Origin: Polyangiaceae bacterium
GTDB lineage: Bacteria > Myxococcota_A > Polyangia > Polyangiales > Polyangiaceae
Length of the DNA: 64,000 bases
Direction of reading: 5' to 3'
Assembly (NCBI GenBank): GCA_050287085.1
Contig: JBNKBE010000010.1
Location: forward strand, 1-64,000
Made by a program: the position numbers and the translations under genes. Of the stretch, positions 21,661-31,570 are shown piece after piece; the first letter of the stretch is position 1; every line of letters starts with the position of its first letter. The notes under the pieces are model-generated. The model saw nothing but the letters and a program-made list of their open reading frames with translations, was not told the origin of the DNA and did no database searches.

Positions 21661-22735
21661 CGACCTCGGCGGCAATACTCGCGTGGGTGGCGCGGCTTGG
21701 GTGATAGTCGCATCCGGGATTCACATTCGGCGTTTTCAGCAGGAGCATTTCCACTCGTCCGTCCCCTGCTCGACGCCGCGTCTCCAGCGCCCGCTCGATC
21801 CCCTCTCGCGCCCGTATTTTTCCTTCTCCGGCTAGCAGCGGCCCAAGGAGGCACAAGATGTAGGCCTCGGGGTTCCGCGCTCGGATGCGGGCCAGGAGCT
21901 GCGCATAGGCGTGGGCAAATGTTGACAGCTCTGGATGCGGCTTGGTGCTGAAGTCGTTTGTTCCGAGATTGACCACCACCACGTCTGCTGCTTGCGCGCC
22001 ATTCCAGCGTGAGTCCTTGGTCTCAGGGAGGGTCCGCTCGTACAAATCAGGCATCGTGTCGCCAGGTTCGTCTGCGTAGTTGCGGACTATCCCCCGCCCC
22101 GACCACGCGACGGTAGTGGCCTCGGCGTCGAGGGCACGGGCAACCAATGCCGGATATGCTTCTTCGTAATTTTCCGTTTCTGGTCCGAACTTGCAGCTCG
22201 GATCAGAGCCCAGGTTGCCGTATCCAGCGGTAATTGAGTCGCCCACGAACTCGAGGTGTGTTTTCCGCGCTCCAGCGGGCTTGAGCATGACACCCGAGAC
22301 TCGCAGTTCGAGCAGGCGAGTTGGGCCGAAGAGAGCTTCGGTGCGGCGTGTCAGTCGGACAATGTGTTCACGCGAGTCGGCTTCGTCCACGACTTGGTAT
22401 TCGTGTCTTCCCTGCGCTGTAATCAGCGGGTCTCGCACGAGCCCATCCACGTCGAGGGTGTGCCAGTTGCCGCTGTCCTCGAGCAGAATGCTCAGCTTTC
22501 GTCCGATGAAGCGGAGCTCGAAGCCGGCGCCGGACCAGGCATAATGCAGGCTGCCGTCAGCGAGCCTCTCCGTCCGTCCCAGCGGACGTGCATGCCCTGC
22601 TGGTGAGATCGACTTGACCTCGGGTAAGGGCGTTTCCGGCATGTGAGACTCACTCCCTCCGCAGCCGGTCGCCGCGACCAAGCCGACGCACACTATCCTC
22701 GGCAACCACGAGGCACGAGTCAGCGAGGTTCGCAT
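21623..22735 (-). CDS. SGNH/GDSL esterase lipoprotein, CE2 acetylxylan-esterase-like
   Basis: AWSG N-terminal beta domain, RRTEA, FVGDSITAGYG, AWSGRG, NLGTND, DYHP; lipobox ATGC. Confidence 0.88.
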   Translation of the reverse strand: MRTSLTRASWLPRIVCVGLVAATGCGGSESHMPETPLPEVKSISPAGHARPLGRTERLADGSLHYAWSGAGFELRFIGRKLSILLEDSGNWHTLDVDGLVRDPLITAQGRHEYQVVDEADSREHIVRLTRRTEALFGPTRLLELRVSGVMLKPAGARKTHLEFVGDSITAGYGNLGSDPSCKFGPETENYEEAYPALVARALDAEATTVAWSGRGIVRNYADEPGDTMPDLYERTLPETKDSRWNGAQAADVVVVNLGTNDFSTKPHPELSTFAHAYAQLLARIRARNPEAYILCLLGPLLAGEGKIRAREGIERALETRRRAGDGRVEMLLLKTPNVNPGCDYHPSRATHASIAAEVVMALRPQFPASQ

Positions 22736-22861
22736 CGGTTGTACATCGAAATTGCCGACGATTTCGAAGTCCGCCGTCGACGCCCACCGGGCGTGCCTGA
22801 GCCGCCGCGAGCAGGGGACACACACCGGTCGGAACTCAAACAGAGCACCCGGGTGCTTTAG

Positions 22862-22934
22862 TGGGTCATGAAGGACTTGAACCTTCAACAAATGGATTAA
22901 GAGTCCACTGCTCTACCAATTGAGCTAATGACCC
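22862..22934 (-). tRNA. tRNA-Lys (anticodon CTT); CCA not encoded
   Basis: Minus strand GGGTCATTAGCTCAATTGGTAGAGCAGTGGACTCTTAATCCATTTGTTGAAGGTTCAAGTCCTTCATGACCCA, 73 nt, full cloverleaf; followed by CTA. Confidence 0.96.
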
Positions 22935-22950
22935 GATTCGAAGGATGGCC

Positions 22951-22978
22951 CTTGTATCAAAAGTCTTGCCCCGGTCAA
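22951..22978 (-). promoter_or_regulatory. Candidate promoter of tRNA-Lys
   Basis: TTGACC-N16-TACAAG with extended TGn, ending 16 nt before the tRNA. Confidence 0.4.
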
Positions 22979-23023
22979 GACGCAAAACACAGAAAAAGGG
23001 CCCGGTCGCAGTGACTCACCCCG

Positions 23024-24499
23024 TCAATAGCCGAAGTCGGTGTCGCCGTCGCCGCTTGGGCGGGCGGGTTCCGGCGCGGGCCGCGGGGTCTCGACCTGCG
23101 GTCTCGTACGCGGCGCGGCGGTACGACGCCTGACCGGCGTTGCTGCAGGCCGACGTGGCTGTGATGCTCTCCTCGCCCTATCCACCGTTGGCGCGGCTTC
23201 CGGCTCGTCGGCGGTCGGTTCGGTGCTGGGGGGGGGTTCTGGAGTGGGGGCGCTTGCGCTGGGGTTCGGAGCGTCGGGATTCAGCGCGGCGCTCGGGTTC
23301 GGCGCTGGCGCCTCGGCGGATACGGTGACGGGAGGCAGGGCGGAGGACGCGGCAGAGGACACCGCAGGGGGCAAGGCGGAGCTCGCGATCGTTGGCTCGA
23401 CGTCGTCAGCGCCGTCGTTGGATACGGCCAAGGCAATGCCGAGCAGTGCGAGTGCGCCCACGGTGCCGGCGGCCAGAAACGCCGGCGTGCGGCTCCGCTT
23501 GGGAATGTCGAGCGTGCTGTTGGTCCAACCTGGGCCGGTGCGATCCGGTATGGCGGGAACGTCGGTCATCAGCCCGCGGAAGGCGGGGGCCGACGAGTCT
23601 GACGGCGGGGCACCGGCGATCGTCGGTGCGGATACGCCCGTACCTGCCTGGGCCCAGCGATCGAGTGCCGCCATGAATTCGCGCGCATTGGCGAATCGCT
23701 CGTTGGGATCACGCGCCATGGCTTTGAGAATCAGCGATTCAAATGCTGGATCGAGCGTCGGCTCGTGCTCACGCGGGGGAGGAGGGGTCTTTAGAACGAT
23801 GGCGAACAGCAGCTCGTTGAAGTTGTCCGCGGCGAAGGGGACCTGTCCCGTCACGCAACGGTACATGATCACGCCCAAGGCGTAGATATCCGTCCGATGA
23901 TCCGCGTCCTTGCTCCCGCGAGCCTGCTCCGGCGCCATGTAGTAGGGCGTACCCATGACCGCCCCCGTGGCAGTCATTCTCAAGTCGCTGTCAGCGTCAA
24001 CGAACTTGGAAATGCCGAAGTCGATGAGCTTGACGAAGTCCTCTTGACCGGCCTTGTGCTTGGAGATGAAGACGTTGTCGGGTTTCAGGTCGCGGTGGAT
24101 GATATTTGACGCATGGGCGGCGTCCAGCGCGATGAGCACCTGGCGCACGAGGGGATATACCTCCGCTGGCGAAAGCCGACCTCGTCGTTCTGCTCGCTCC
24201 TCCAGCGTTTCGCCGTCGAGGAACTCCATCACGATGAATCGCGACCCGTCGTCCAAGCTTCCGAGGTCGAGCACCTCCAGGATATGATCGTTTCCGATGC
24301 GCCCAGCTGCCTGGGCTTCCCGCTCGAAACGTTCCACCACGCCATGTTGGCTGGCAACTTCGGCGTGGAGCACCTTGATCGCCACCCGTCGTGCAATGGC
24401 GGCGTTTTCCCCCTCGTAGACCGCACCCATGCCGCCCTGCCCGAGCAGACGAGTGATACGGTACTTGTTCTGGATGACGGTGCCTTCGCTCAGTTCCAC
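23024..24499 (-). CDS. Membrane Ser/Thr protein kinase
   Basis: GQGGMGAVY, HRDLKPDN, DFGISK, GTPYYMAPEQ; one TM segment; Pro-rich tail ending DFGY. Confidence 0.93.
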   Translation of the reverse strand: MELSEGTVIQNKYRITRLLGQGGMGAVYEGENAAIARRVAIKVLHAEVASQHGVVERFEREAQAAGRIGNDHILEVLDLGSLDDGSRFIVMEFLDGETLEERAERRGRLSPAEVYPLVRQVLIALDAAHASNIIHRDLKPDNVFISKHKAGQEDFVKLIDFGISKFVDADSDLRMTATGAVMGTPYYMAPEQARGSKDADHRTDIYALGVIMYRCVTGQVPFAADNFNELLFAIVLKTPPPPREHEPTLDPAFESLILKAMARDPNERFANAREFMAALDRWAQAGTGVSAPTIAGAPPSDSSAPAFRGLMTDVPAIPDRTGPGWTNSTLDIPKRSRTPAFLAAGTVGALALLGIALAVSNDGADDVEPTIASSALPPAVSSAASSALPPVTVSAEAPAPNPSAALNPDAPNPSASAPTPEPPPSTEPTADEPEAAPTVDRARRASQPRRPAATPVRRRTAAPRTRPQVETPRPAPEPARPSGDGDTDFGY

Positions 24500-24779
24500 G
24501 GCGCAATACTCAAGGGTTAAGTGGATAGGTGCTGTCGCCCGGGGTACGCCCTCATCGGATCTCGAGAGCTCACCGCGACTGCCGCGACGGACCAGTAGTC
24601 TACTGCTCTACGCCCGTCTTGCCTTCGTTCTTTGACGTTGGACCAGAAAAACTCGGTGAGACGCACGGGGGTTTTTTGCGGCCCGCCGCAAATTGCCATG
24701 CGCGCTGGCGTGTCAGAAGTGTCCTCCGGAGCGATCCCGATGATGTTTCGGCTGCCGTTAGACTGACATTTTTTTCGGG

Positions 24780-25847
24780 ATGTGCTTAGTAGCGACCATG
24801 CCAAGCTTGGTTTCGGGTCGCGGGCGTGGGCGTTTGGGGCTCGTGCTGCTCCTCTTGTCTTCTCTCACGCTGCTGACGACAACCGGCGCGCATGCCGCCA
24901 CGGACGAGGAAAAGGCCGCCGCACGCTCGCTCGCCAAACAGGGGCTTGCGGCGTTCAAAGACGGCAATGCGGAGGGCGCAGTCGACTACTTCAGTCGCGC
25001 CGAAGCGCTGGTGCATTCGCCTGTGCACCTGCTTTTTCTCGCCCGCGCCTATGCTCAACTGGGGCGCTTGGTGAAGGCTCAGGAGGCGTACATCAAGATT
25101 GGCCGCGAGCCGGCTGATCCCCGTAGTCCGAAGGCATTTCGCCAGGCAAAAGCGGATGCCGAGAAGGAGCTAGCGGGGATTGAACCGCGGCTATCGCATC
25201 TCACGGTACGGGTCGTCAACGAAGCGGGCGGAGAGGTCAGCGTGCTTCTTGACGACGAGGTCGTGCCCAGCGTGTTGCTCGGTGTTCCAATGCCTGTCGA
25301 TCCGGGGAAACATGCACTTCGTGCCACCGCTGAGCGCGCTCGGGAGGCGAGCGGTTCAGTGACCCTGGCTGAAGGTGAAGACGGCCGCATCGAGTTGCGT
25401 CTCGACCCGCTGCCGATGGCCGAGGAGGACGGAGCCGCTGCCGATTCGGACGCCGTTTCACCGCTTATGACGACCCAAAGCGAGGCCGGATCGGCATGGC
25501 AGACCTACGCGGGGTGGACGGGGGTTGGACTCGGCGGGGTGGGCTTGGGCGTGGCCGGTTACTTTCTTTTCACCAGTCGGCAGACCGTCTCAGAATATCA
25601 GCGCTATGAGAATGAGCACTGCGTCGAGGGCACCTGCGATACTTCGGGCGGGGCTCAGTATGTCAAGAGCCGATACAACCTGGCCGTGAAGCAGAATGGC
25701 AACGCGCGTCTGTTCGGCATCATTGGGGCCGGATTGGCCGTCGCTGGCGGCGTGTTGCTCTTCACCCGCACCAGCGAGGACACCGATTCCGGGTGGATAG
25801 CTCCGGTGATCGGGCCCGGATCGCTTGGCGTGGTCGGCACGTTCTAG
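24780..25847 (+). CDS. TPR + PEGA-like exported/membrane protein
   Basis: Signal peptide; ARSLAKQG..A.DYFSRAEAL..LFLARAY TPR; VDPGKH beta domain; two Gly-rich hydrophobic segments; terminal GTF. Confidence 0.82.
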   Translation: MCLVATMPSLVSGRGRGRLGLVLLLLSSLTLLTTTGAHAATDEEKAAARSLAKQGLAAFKDGNAEGAVDYFSRAEALVHSPVHLLFLARAYAQLGRLVKAQEAYIKIGREPADPRSPKAFRQAKADAEKELAGIEPRLSHLTVRVVNEAGGEVSVLLDDEVVPSVLLGVPMPVDPGKHALRATAERAREASGSVTLAEGEDGRIELRLDPLPMAEEDGAAADSDAVSPLMTTQSEAGSAWQTYAGWTGVGLGGVGLGVAGYFLFTSRQTVSEYQRYENEHCVEGTCDTSGGAQYVKSRYNLAVKQNGNARLFGIIGAGLAVAGGVLLFTRTSEDTDSGWIAPVIGPGSLGVVGTF

Positions 25848-25908
25848 CTTGGGATCAGCCACGGCGGCGAAGCGCGAGGGGGCGCAGGGCTCAACCGGGA
25901 CCCTCTGG

Positions 25909-26484
25909 TCATTCTTCGGCCGCGCGCACCGCAACCAGAAGCGCTCCCGCCCCGCCCCATGCTTCGGGGGCCGAACAGAAGCCGTGTAGATGATGACGGA
26001 GAGGGCCTCGTAAGAGCCCGACCACGTATTCTGGGAGCACAGCCCCCGCAGGGCCCGAATGGCGTCCCTTTCCGCAGATTATTAGCACCGAGCGGTGTTT
26101 GTTCCGGCGCGCAGTGGGCAGTGCTTGGGCCAGCGCGCTTCGGGTCTGCTTGCGCGTTAGACCGTGAAGATCGAGCTCGTAGAAGGGGAGTATTGGGCCT
26201 CGTGCGAGGGCGGCCAGCTTGCGCCGAGGATAACTTGGATGTCGTGCGGCAACACCATTGCACTCTTCGACTACTAGCTCTGGGCAGGGGGGCTGAGTGC
26301 CCGGATGAGGCGCAACGGGGGCGGGCAGGCTCAGTTGTCGCGACGCCTTGAGCTGCTCCACCTCGCCGAGCAGTGCGGCAAACGAGGCGTGCGCAGCGGG
26401 CGCTTCCGAAATCGGCTCGGTCTCGGTCGGGGTGGATGCGCTACGGCGCGCCGCGTCTTTGAGAGTCCAGCTCCTTCGGGACAC
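25909..26484 (-). CDS. Smr domain protein
   Basis: LDLHGLT, VLIICGKGRHS, GGAGALLV. Confidence 0.88.
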   Translation of the reverse strand: MSRRSWTLKDAARRSASTPTETEPISEAPAAHASFAALLGEVEQLKASRQLSLPAPVAPHPGTQPPCPELVVEECNGVAARHPSYPRRKLAALARGPILPFYELDLHGLTRKQTRSALAQALPTARRNKHRSVLIICGKGRHSGPAGAVLPEYVVGLLRGPLRHHLHGFCSAPEAWGGAGALLVAVRAAEE

Positions 26485-26608
26485 CGTTATTCCTCGCAGC
26501 CAGTCCTCTTTGCTAGGGCATGGTTATAGGCGAGCCGACGCACAGGTCAATGAGCTCCCGGCCGCGCCAACGCTGGCGGCTACGTCGCTGCCTGCGCCCT
26601 TTCACGGG

Positions 26609-28162
26609 TCAGGCGTTGGCTGCGACCGAATGCTCCTGGCCGATGAGAATCCGCCCGACCGCCTCGATCAAGGCGTCGCGATTGGTGGGCTTCAGCAATA
26701 CCGGGTTGGGAATGGTCTGGAGAAAAGACGCCATGTCCTCGCGAAACGCGCCTCCGGAGCAGAAGACAAACTTGGAGGCAAGGCTCGGATCCAGTTGCTG
26801 AGCGCTTTCGTACACCGCTTGCCCGTCGACCTGGGGCATCATGACGTCGCAAATGATCGCGTCCACGCGTTGGGCGTTGTCGCCCTGTTGCAGCCATTCG
26901 ACGGCTTCGACGCCGTCCACGGCCACGACCGAATGGGGTCGAAGGAGGCGTGAATAGGCACGACGAAGCGCGGGCTCATCGTCGACGACCAGAATCGTCA
27001 GACGCTGCAGTCCAATGCGTCCGACCGACGCCGGTTCCTTGCGCTCCGTGAGCACCAAGCCCGTCTCAAGGGGCAGGGTGACACGGACCTTCAGGCCCCC
27101 GAGTTCCGAGTCGAGCAATTCGAGGGTGCCGCCATGTTCTTCAGTAATTTCACGTGCTAACGCCAGACCCAAACCAGTGCCCTGGCCGGCGGGCTTGGTG
27201 GTGAAGAAGGGTTCGACGGCCCGAGGTCGGAGTTCGGGCGCGAGCCCTGGGCCCGAGTCTTCGACTTCCGCTACCACGCTGTCGGGTTGCTGTCGGGTGA
27301 TGAGGCGCACGATGCGATGGTCAACCTGGGCTACCGCTTGACTTGCGTTGAGCAGCAGATTGGTGAGCACTTGCGCCAGACGCCCGGGACGACCCGCAAA
27401 CGGGCGCACGTCTTGAGTGAGGTGGAACTCGAATTCCGCGCTGTGCGTGATGTGGGTGCGCGTCAGGGCTACTGCCCACTGCGCGACATCCGAGAGCGTG
27501 ACTTCGCTGACCGGTTCTACCTCGTCGGGTCTTCGGGCGAAGCTGCGGAGCTGGCGCACAATGGCTCCGATGCGTTCCAGACCGCGCTCGCTGTCGCGAA
27601 GAGCACTGCTGAGCTCGGTGAAGCCGGCTTCCTGTTGGAGTTCAGGCGAGCGGCTCCCCAGTGCGTCGAACCACCGCCGCACGTTTTCGACGTTGGCGGC
27701 GACAAAGGCCGTTGGGTTGTTGATCTCGTGGGCAACGCTGGCCGCGAGCTGACCCAGACTCGCCAGGCGGTCATGGTGTTCGATCCTGCGCTGGTACAAC
27801 TGCAACCGTTTCCGTTCGATGGCGTATTCCAGGGCGCGTCCCAGCCAGTAGGGCTCGATATGGTCTTTGACCAAGTAGTCTTGGGCCCCTTGTTTGAGCA
27901 CGCGGCGGCCTGATTCGGGACTGAGGCCTGTCAGCGCCACGAACGCGGGGCCCGGGGCGATGGCGGTCAGGCTGAGGCCGTCACCGTCGGGCAGCGTCAG
28001 ATCAGCGAGGATACAATCGAAGGTTTCCTCGCCCAAAGCGGCTGTGGCTGCTTTCAAGGTGTCTACCTCGCGGACGCTGATGCTGACGTCGGAGGCCTCC
28101 AGTGCTCGGCGGGTGACAGCGCGGTCGACGTCATCGTCTTCGACGAGCAGAAGTCGAATCAT
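26609..28162 (-). CDS. Hybrid histidine kinase REC-HisKA-HATPase-REC
   Basis: LLVEDD..DLTLPD; VAHEINNP; NLLLNA, DSGPG, PFFTTK, GTGLGL; LVVDDE..DVMMP..KP. No TM segment seen. Confidence 0.92.
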   Translation of the reverse strand: MIRLLLVEDDDVDRAVTRRALEASDVSISVREVDTLKAATAALGEETFDCILADLTLPDGDGLSLTAIAPGPAFVALTGLSPESGRRVLKQGAQDYLVKDHIEPYWLGRALEYAIERKRLQLYQRRIEHHDRLASLGQLAASVAHEINNPTAFVAANVENVRRWFDALGSRSPELQQEAGFTELSSALRDSERGLERIGAIVRQLRSFARRPDEVEPVSEVTLSDVAQWAVALTRTHITHSAEFEFHLTQDVRPFAGRPGRLAQVLTNLLLNASQAVAQVDHRIVRLITRQQPDSVVAEVEDSGPGLAPELRPRAVEPFFTTKPAGQGTGLGLALAREITEEHGGTLELLDSELGGLKVRVTLPLETGLVLTERKEPASVGRIGLQRLTILVVDDEPALRRAYSRLLRPHSVVAVDGVEAVEWLQQGDNAQRVDAIICDVMMPQVDGQAVYESAQQLDPSLASKFVFCSGGAFREDMASFLQTIPNPVLLKPTNRDALIEAVGRILIGQEHSVAANA

Positions 28163-28276
28163 CAAGAAGGCCAACGTCGAAAGTACAATGTGTATAAGCG
28201 TCCATCCGGCGACTTCGCCTCGGAGTGGCGTCTTTAAGCCCGCTGGCCGAAGATACTTCTTCGTACGGCCCTGCGG

Positions 28277-29458
28277 TTACAGCAGCTCCGATAAAATTCG
28301 ACCGGTGGCCTGGGGCAGGGTGAGGCCGAGCAACGCCGCCGCGGTGGGTGCGATGTCCTCCGTGTGTCCAACCCCGCTCACGACGCCGCGTGCTGTCAGC
28401 TGATCGCCTCCGGCGATCAGCCAGGTGGGGCCCGCTTCTTGATGCCCCCCGTGCTCGTAGAACTCTGTAGCTCGGCCGTGATCTGTCGTGATGAACCAAC
28501 TCACCTTGCGACCGCGCGCTCGGAGCTCGTCGGCTTCGCTCAGAAACCGTCCGAGCCAGGCATCAAAGTGCTCCAGAGCTTCCAGATAGGCGCGGTAGTT
28601 GTTGTAGTGGGCGTATTCATCCGTATCCCCAAAGCCGATGAACATCAGGTGCGGTTCCAGTTCTCGCAGGGCCGCCAGAGCGACTTCGCCGGTGTAGGCG
28701 TCGGGTCGGTAGTCTCCGAGTCCAGGTTTGGGCGATACCACGCTCGCCGCGCTCAGTTCCCGTCTGACACCACGTCTGGCCAGCTCATCTCTGCCGGCCC
28801 CTGCGTTGCGGCCCGCGGAAACCCACGCGTGTTCGGCGTCGCTGACCGCTGCGCGTTCGAGCTCGGGCCACGATGAAATGACCACCGCGTTCTCCGGTCC
28901 ATATTGTTCTGCGACCGCGTCGAACAACGTTGGCGTCTTCGTGCGCGCGCAATAGTTGCTGCGGCAGGGTGTTGCGGCTCTTCCTGAGAACAGCTGAGTG
29001 TAGCCTGGAAGAGACATGTAGCTTGGGCCGTTGACACTGAAGCGTGACTCTGGGCGCCCCCCCATGATGGCTCCCTCATGGGTGCTCAGGCGGGAAAGAT
29101 TCTTGAGCTCGAGGTTCCTTGCCTCGCTGATGCCATCGTTAACCCGATCAGGGTCGGCGCCCAGAAAGAGCTCCTGCCATCGAACCCCATCGACGGCAAT
29201 GATTACGACGGTTTCGAGCGTGTCGCGCTTCGGTGTGCTGGGGGTCAGCGCCTTTACGTCGGGGTAGGCGGAGGACCAGGTCAAGACCCCGACGGCGATG
29301 CCCAGTGCCGGATGTCTCCAAGTGCTTCGCAGCCCGAGCGGGCGCCAGCGTGCTGTCGCTGACGGCTGCGCGTCGACTGCTTGTGCTGCGTTGGCTGCCG
29401 TGCGGGTTCCGAGCCTCGATAGCAGGAGTTTAGCTTTCGCCCAGTTGGAGGTCGCCAT
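28277..29458 (-). CDS. Alkaline phosphatase superfamily metalloenzyme
   Basis: IIAVDGVRWQE, SLPGY (Ser nucleophile), DTDEYAH, TTDHGR, HG, DIAPT. Start uncertain. Confidence 0.82.
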   Translation of the reverse strand: MATSNWAKAKLLLSRLGTRTAANAAQAVDAQPSATARWRPLGLRSTWRHPALGIAVGVLTWSSAYPDVKALTPSTPKRDTLETVVIIAVDGVRWQELFLGADPDRVNDGISEARNLELKNLSRLSTHEGAIMGGRPESRFSVNGPSYMSLPGYTQLFSGRAATPCRSNYCARTKTPTLFDAVAEQYGPENAVVISSWPELERAAVSDAEHAWVSAGRNAGAGRDELARRGVRRELSAASVVSPKPGLGDYRPDAYTGEVALAALRELEPHLMFIGFGDTDEYAHYNNYRAYLEALEHFDAWLGRFLSEADELRARGRKVSWFITTDHGRATEFYEHGGHQEAGPTWLIAGGDQLTARGVVSGVGHTEDIAPTAAALLGLTLPQATGRILSELL

Positions 29459-29629
29459 TGCCGGCAGCTATGAACTCGGCGCATGACAACCTCGCCGCTT
29501 GGATGCGAAGAGTCATGGTCGTTGCTGTGACGCGGGGGTGAACTTGCGAGTTGGGCTACCGTCGCGGAGCGGGTGTGGCGAATTGTTCGCATTCTGTAGC
29601 GCTGGCGCGACGATTCGCAGGCAATAGCG

Positions 29630-30511
29630 CTACAGTATCCACACGGTGATGATTCCGGCCCGCCACGCTTCGGTGGTCCGTTGTGTGGCGGGCGCGCGCA
29701 GGAACGTTCTCATGCCGAGCGAGGCGGTAAGTTGGAACTCGGCCCCAGCTTCGACCCAGAGGGATAAGCCGCCGGTCGGGGTACGCACTTCTGACACCCG
29801 TCCCTTCGTGCAGAGGCTCGTTTCTGCCGTGGGTGACGCGCAGAGCGTTGCGGCTCGCATTACCCCGCCACTCGTCAGCGTGAGCGCAAGCTCGGGCGTC
29901 CACGCCCAGGCGCCGTGTACGCTCGCCGGCAGGTCGGCGGCATAACCTGCCCGTCGAGCGTCCAGCGCGAGGCCGACCCTGGGCTGGAGAAACCAGCGCT
30001 CGTGTCGCCAAGTGTAACCCCCCCACTGGGTCAACGTGGTGACCGGGCCGGGGTCGAGCCCGGCCGTCAGAGTCTGGGTGGGCAGTGCTACCTCGCTCAG
30101 CATGAGCCAGCCCGAGCCGGAACTGCCGGACGGCTCAGAAAGCCACTTGCCGTAGACAGTGCCACGGCCCAAACCGTAGGAGGCGTCCAGGAGCGTACCC
30201 GTAGCCACCAGGGGCAGTGCGCCGCCAACGGCGAAGCGTCCTGACAAGGCGACTTCAGCCATCATGCGGGCCTCCCGCAGGGATGACGACACACCGTCAT
30301 CGGTCTTGGTGCGCACTTGTTCAAGAGCGAGGCCAGCGCTTGTCGTGCTCTTGCCGCGTTGTTGCGTCAGCGCGGTGAGGCCTCCGCTCAGCCCGCTAGC
30401 GGAGTGGTGTGCAGATGCGACGCAGGCCCACAACGCGGCCACCACAAGCGCGGTCAGGAAGGCAATGAGAGGTCGACGCGCGAACGGGAACTGGTCAGCA
30501 ATCGTCTTCAA
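29630..30511 (-). CDS. Putative outer-membrane beta-barrel protein
   Basis: Signal peptide LIAFLTALVVAALWACVASA followed by HH; amphipathic strands (GGALPLV, VALPT, WVEAGAEFQL). TTG start inferred. Confidence 0.55.
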   Translation of the reverse strand: MKTIADQFPFARRPLIAFLTALVVAALWACVASAHHSASGLSGGLTALTQQRGKSTTSAGLALEQVRTKTDDGVSSSLREARMMAEVALSGRFAVGGALPLVATGTLLDASYGLGRGTVYGKWLSEPSGSSGSGWLMLSEVALPTQTLTAGLDPGPVTTLTQWGGYTWRHERWFLQPRVGLALDARRAGYAADLPASVHGAWAWTPELALTLTSGGVMRAATLCASPTAETSLCTKGRVSEVRTPTGGLSLWVEAGAEFQLTASLGMRTFLRAPATQRTTEAWRAGIITVWIL

Positions 30512-30598
30512 GTCTCGTCCAGTAGACGTCAGCCCTGAGTTTGGGAATGCGAAAAAATGCAGCACCCGTTGGGGTCCCCGAACTGCTACCTCAGTCCT

Positions 30599-30832
30599 AT
30601 GCGATGCTCGATCGGTCTTGTTGTGCTGTGTGTGCTTTCTACCGCTTGCGGGGACGGAGAGGGGGCGCCATGCTCCAAGGATTCCGACTGCGCCGAGGGG
30701 TTGAGCTGCGACAAGCACAATGAGGCGGAGGGCGTATGCCAGAAGCCTCATGCTCACACCTCTTCGGAAGCCAGATACTGCCATTCTGGCGACAAGAACT
30801 GCGACTCCCAAGGCCAAGTTCGCTACCCCTGA
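30599..30832 (+). CDS. Small Cys/His-rich lipoprotein (77 aa)
   Basis: Lipobox LSTAC; PCSKDSDCAEGLSC..GVC module; HAH and CHSGDKNC tail. Confidence 0.6.
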   Translation: MRCSIGLVVLCVLSTACGDGEGAPCSKDSDCAEGLSCDKHNEAEGVCQKPHAHTSSEARYCHSGDKNCDSQGQVRYP

Positions 30833-31570
30833 TATGGGATCTCTTGGCGGGCAGGAGAGGGCCCACTGAGCTGAAGAGCCAGTCGGTTGGGCACTCGCGG
30901 CATCGGCAACGACGCATGGCGGTGCCTGGCGATGTGTGGGGTAATCCGAAGCAAGCCACGTTGCCGTAGCTGTTCATTCTTGACGGTGAATATGAGCGTT
31001 CGATGCAGTGGCCTACACCGGACCCACTGGGGCTCCTCCCATCACGACGGCGCTGCGCCTTCCCGCGTTGCCGTGTGGCTCGGCGGATTCCGCGGCGGAT
31101 GCTGAGGCTCCTGCTCTGCTGCGTCGCGGGGGGTAGCAGGCGGAAGTGCTCGGTTACCGTCACGGCTTCCGCCGCGGGAGCGGGAGGACGGAGGCCAGGT
31201 GAGCCGTTTGGCCTGTTGCTGTGGGGAGGCGCTTGCACTTGGCCAATGACCACGGACCCGCAGGGCGGCTCGTCCGCTTGATAGCCGACAGTGGCTCACT
31301 GTGGGCCCCCTGTGATTCAATTCGGCGCAGTCCAGGCTTTCGCCTAAACGGCGCCTCGGGGTGCCCTCATTGTCCCAGGCCTCGGGTTTGTTACGCGAAA
31401 TTCCTTCGTCGAGACAAGTTGGCTAGTTCCGTGGCACTCGCGGGCGGAATTCGGGGGCATTTGTTCCATGCTCAGAGGTAATTTTCGGTGAGCTTCTCCT
31501 GGAGACAAAGCTTGTGATTTCCTCCGCGTCTCCATGATCCACACGCGTCATGATGGGAATTAAGGTGCGT

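Noticed and set aside
22800..22934. Genomic island integrated at tRNA-Lys
   Set aside because: No integrase and no duplicated tRNA 3' end were noticed. The ORF-track start at 22891 overlaps the tRNA and is not the real esterase start.
30833..31570. Gene or ncRNA in the gap before cassette 2
   Set aside because: Candidate ORFs are Arg/Pro-rich without motifs and no known RNA structure was recognised; left unannotated.
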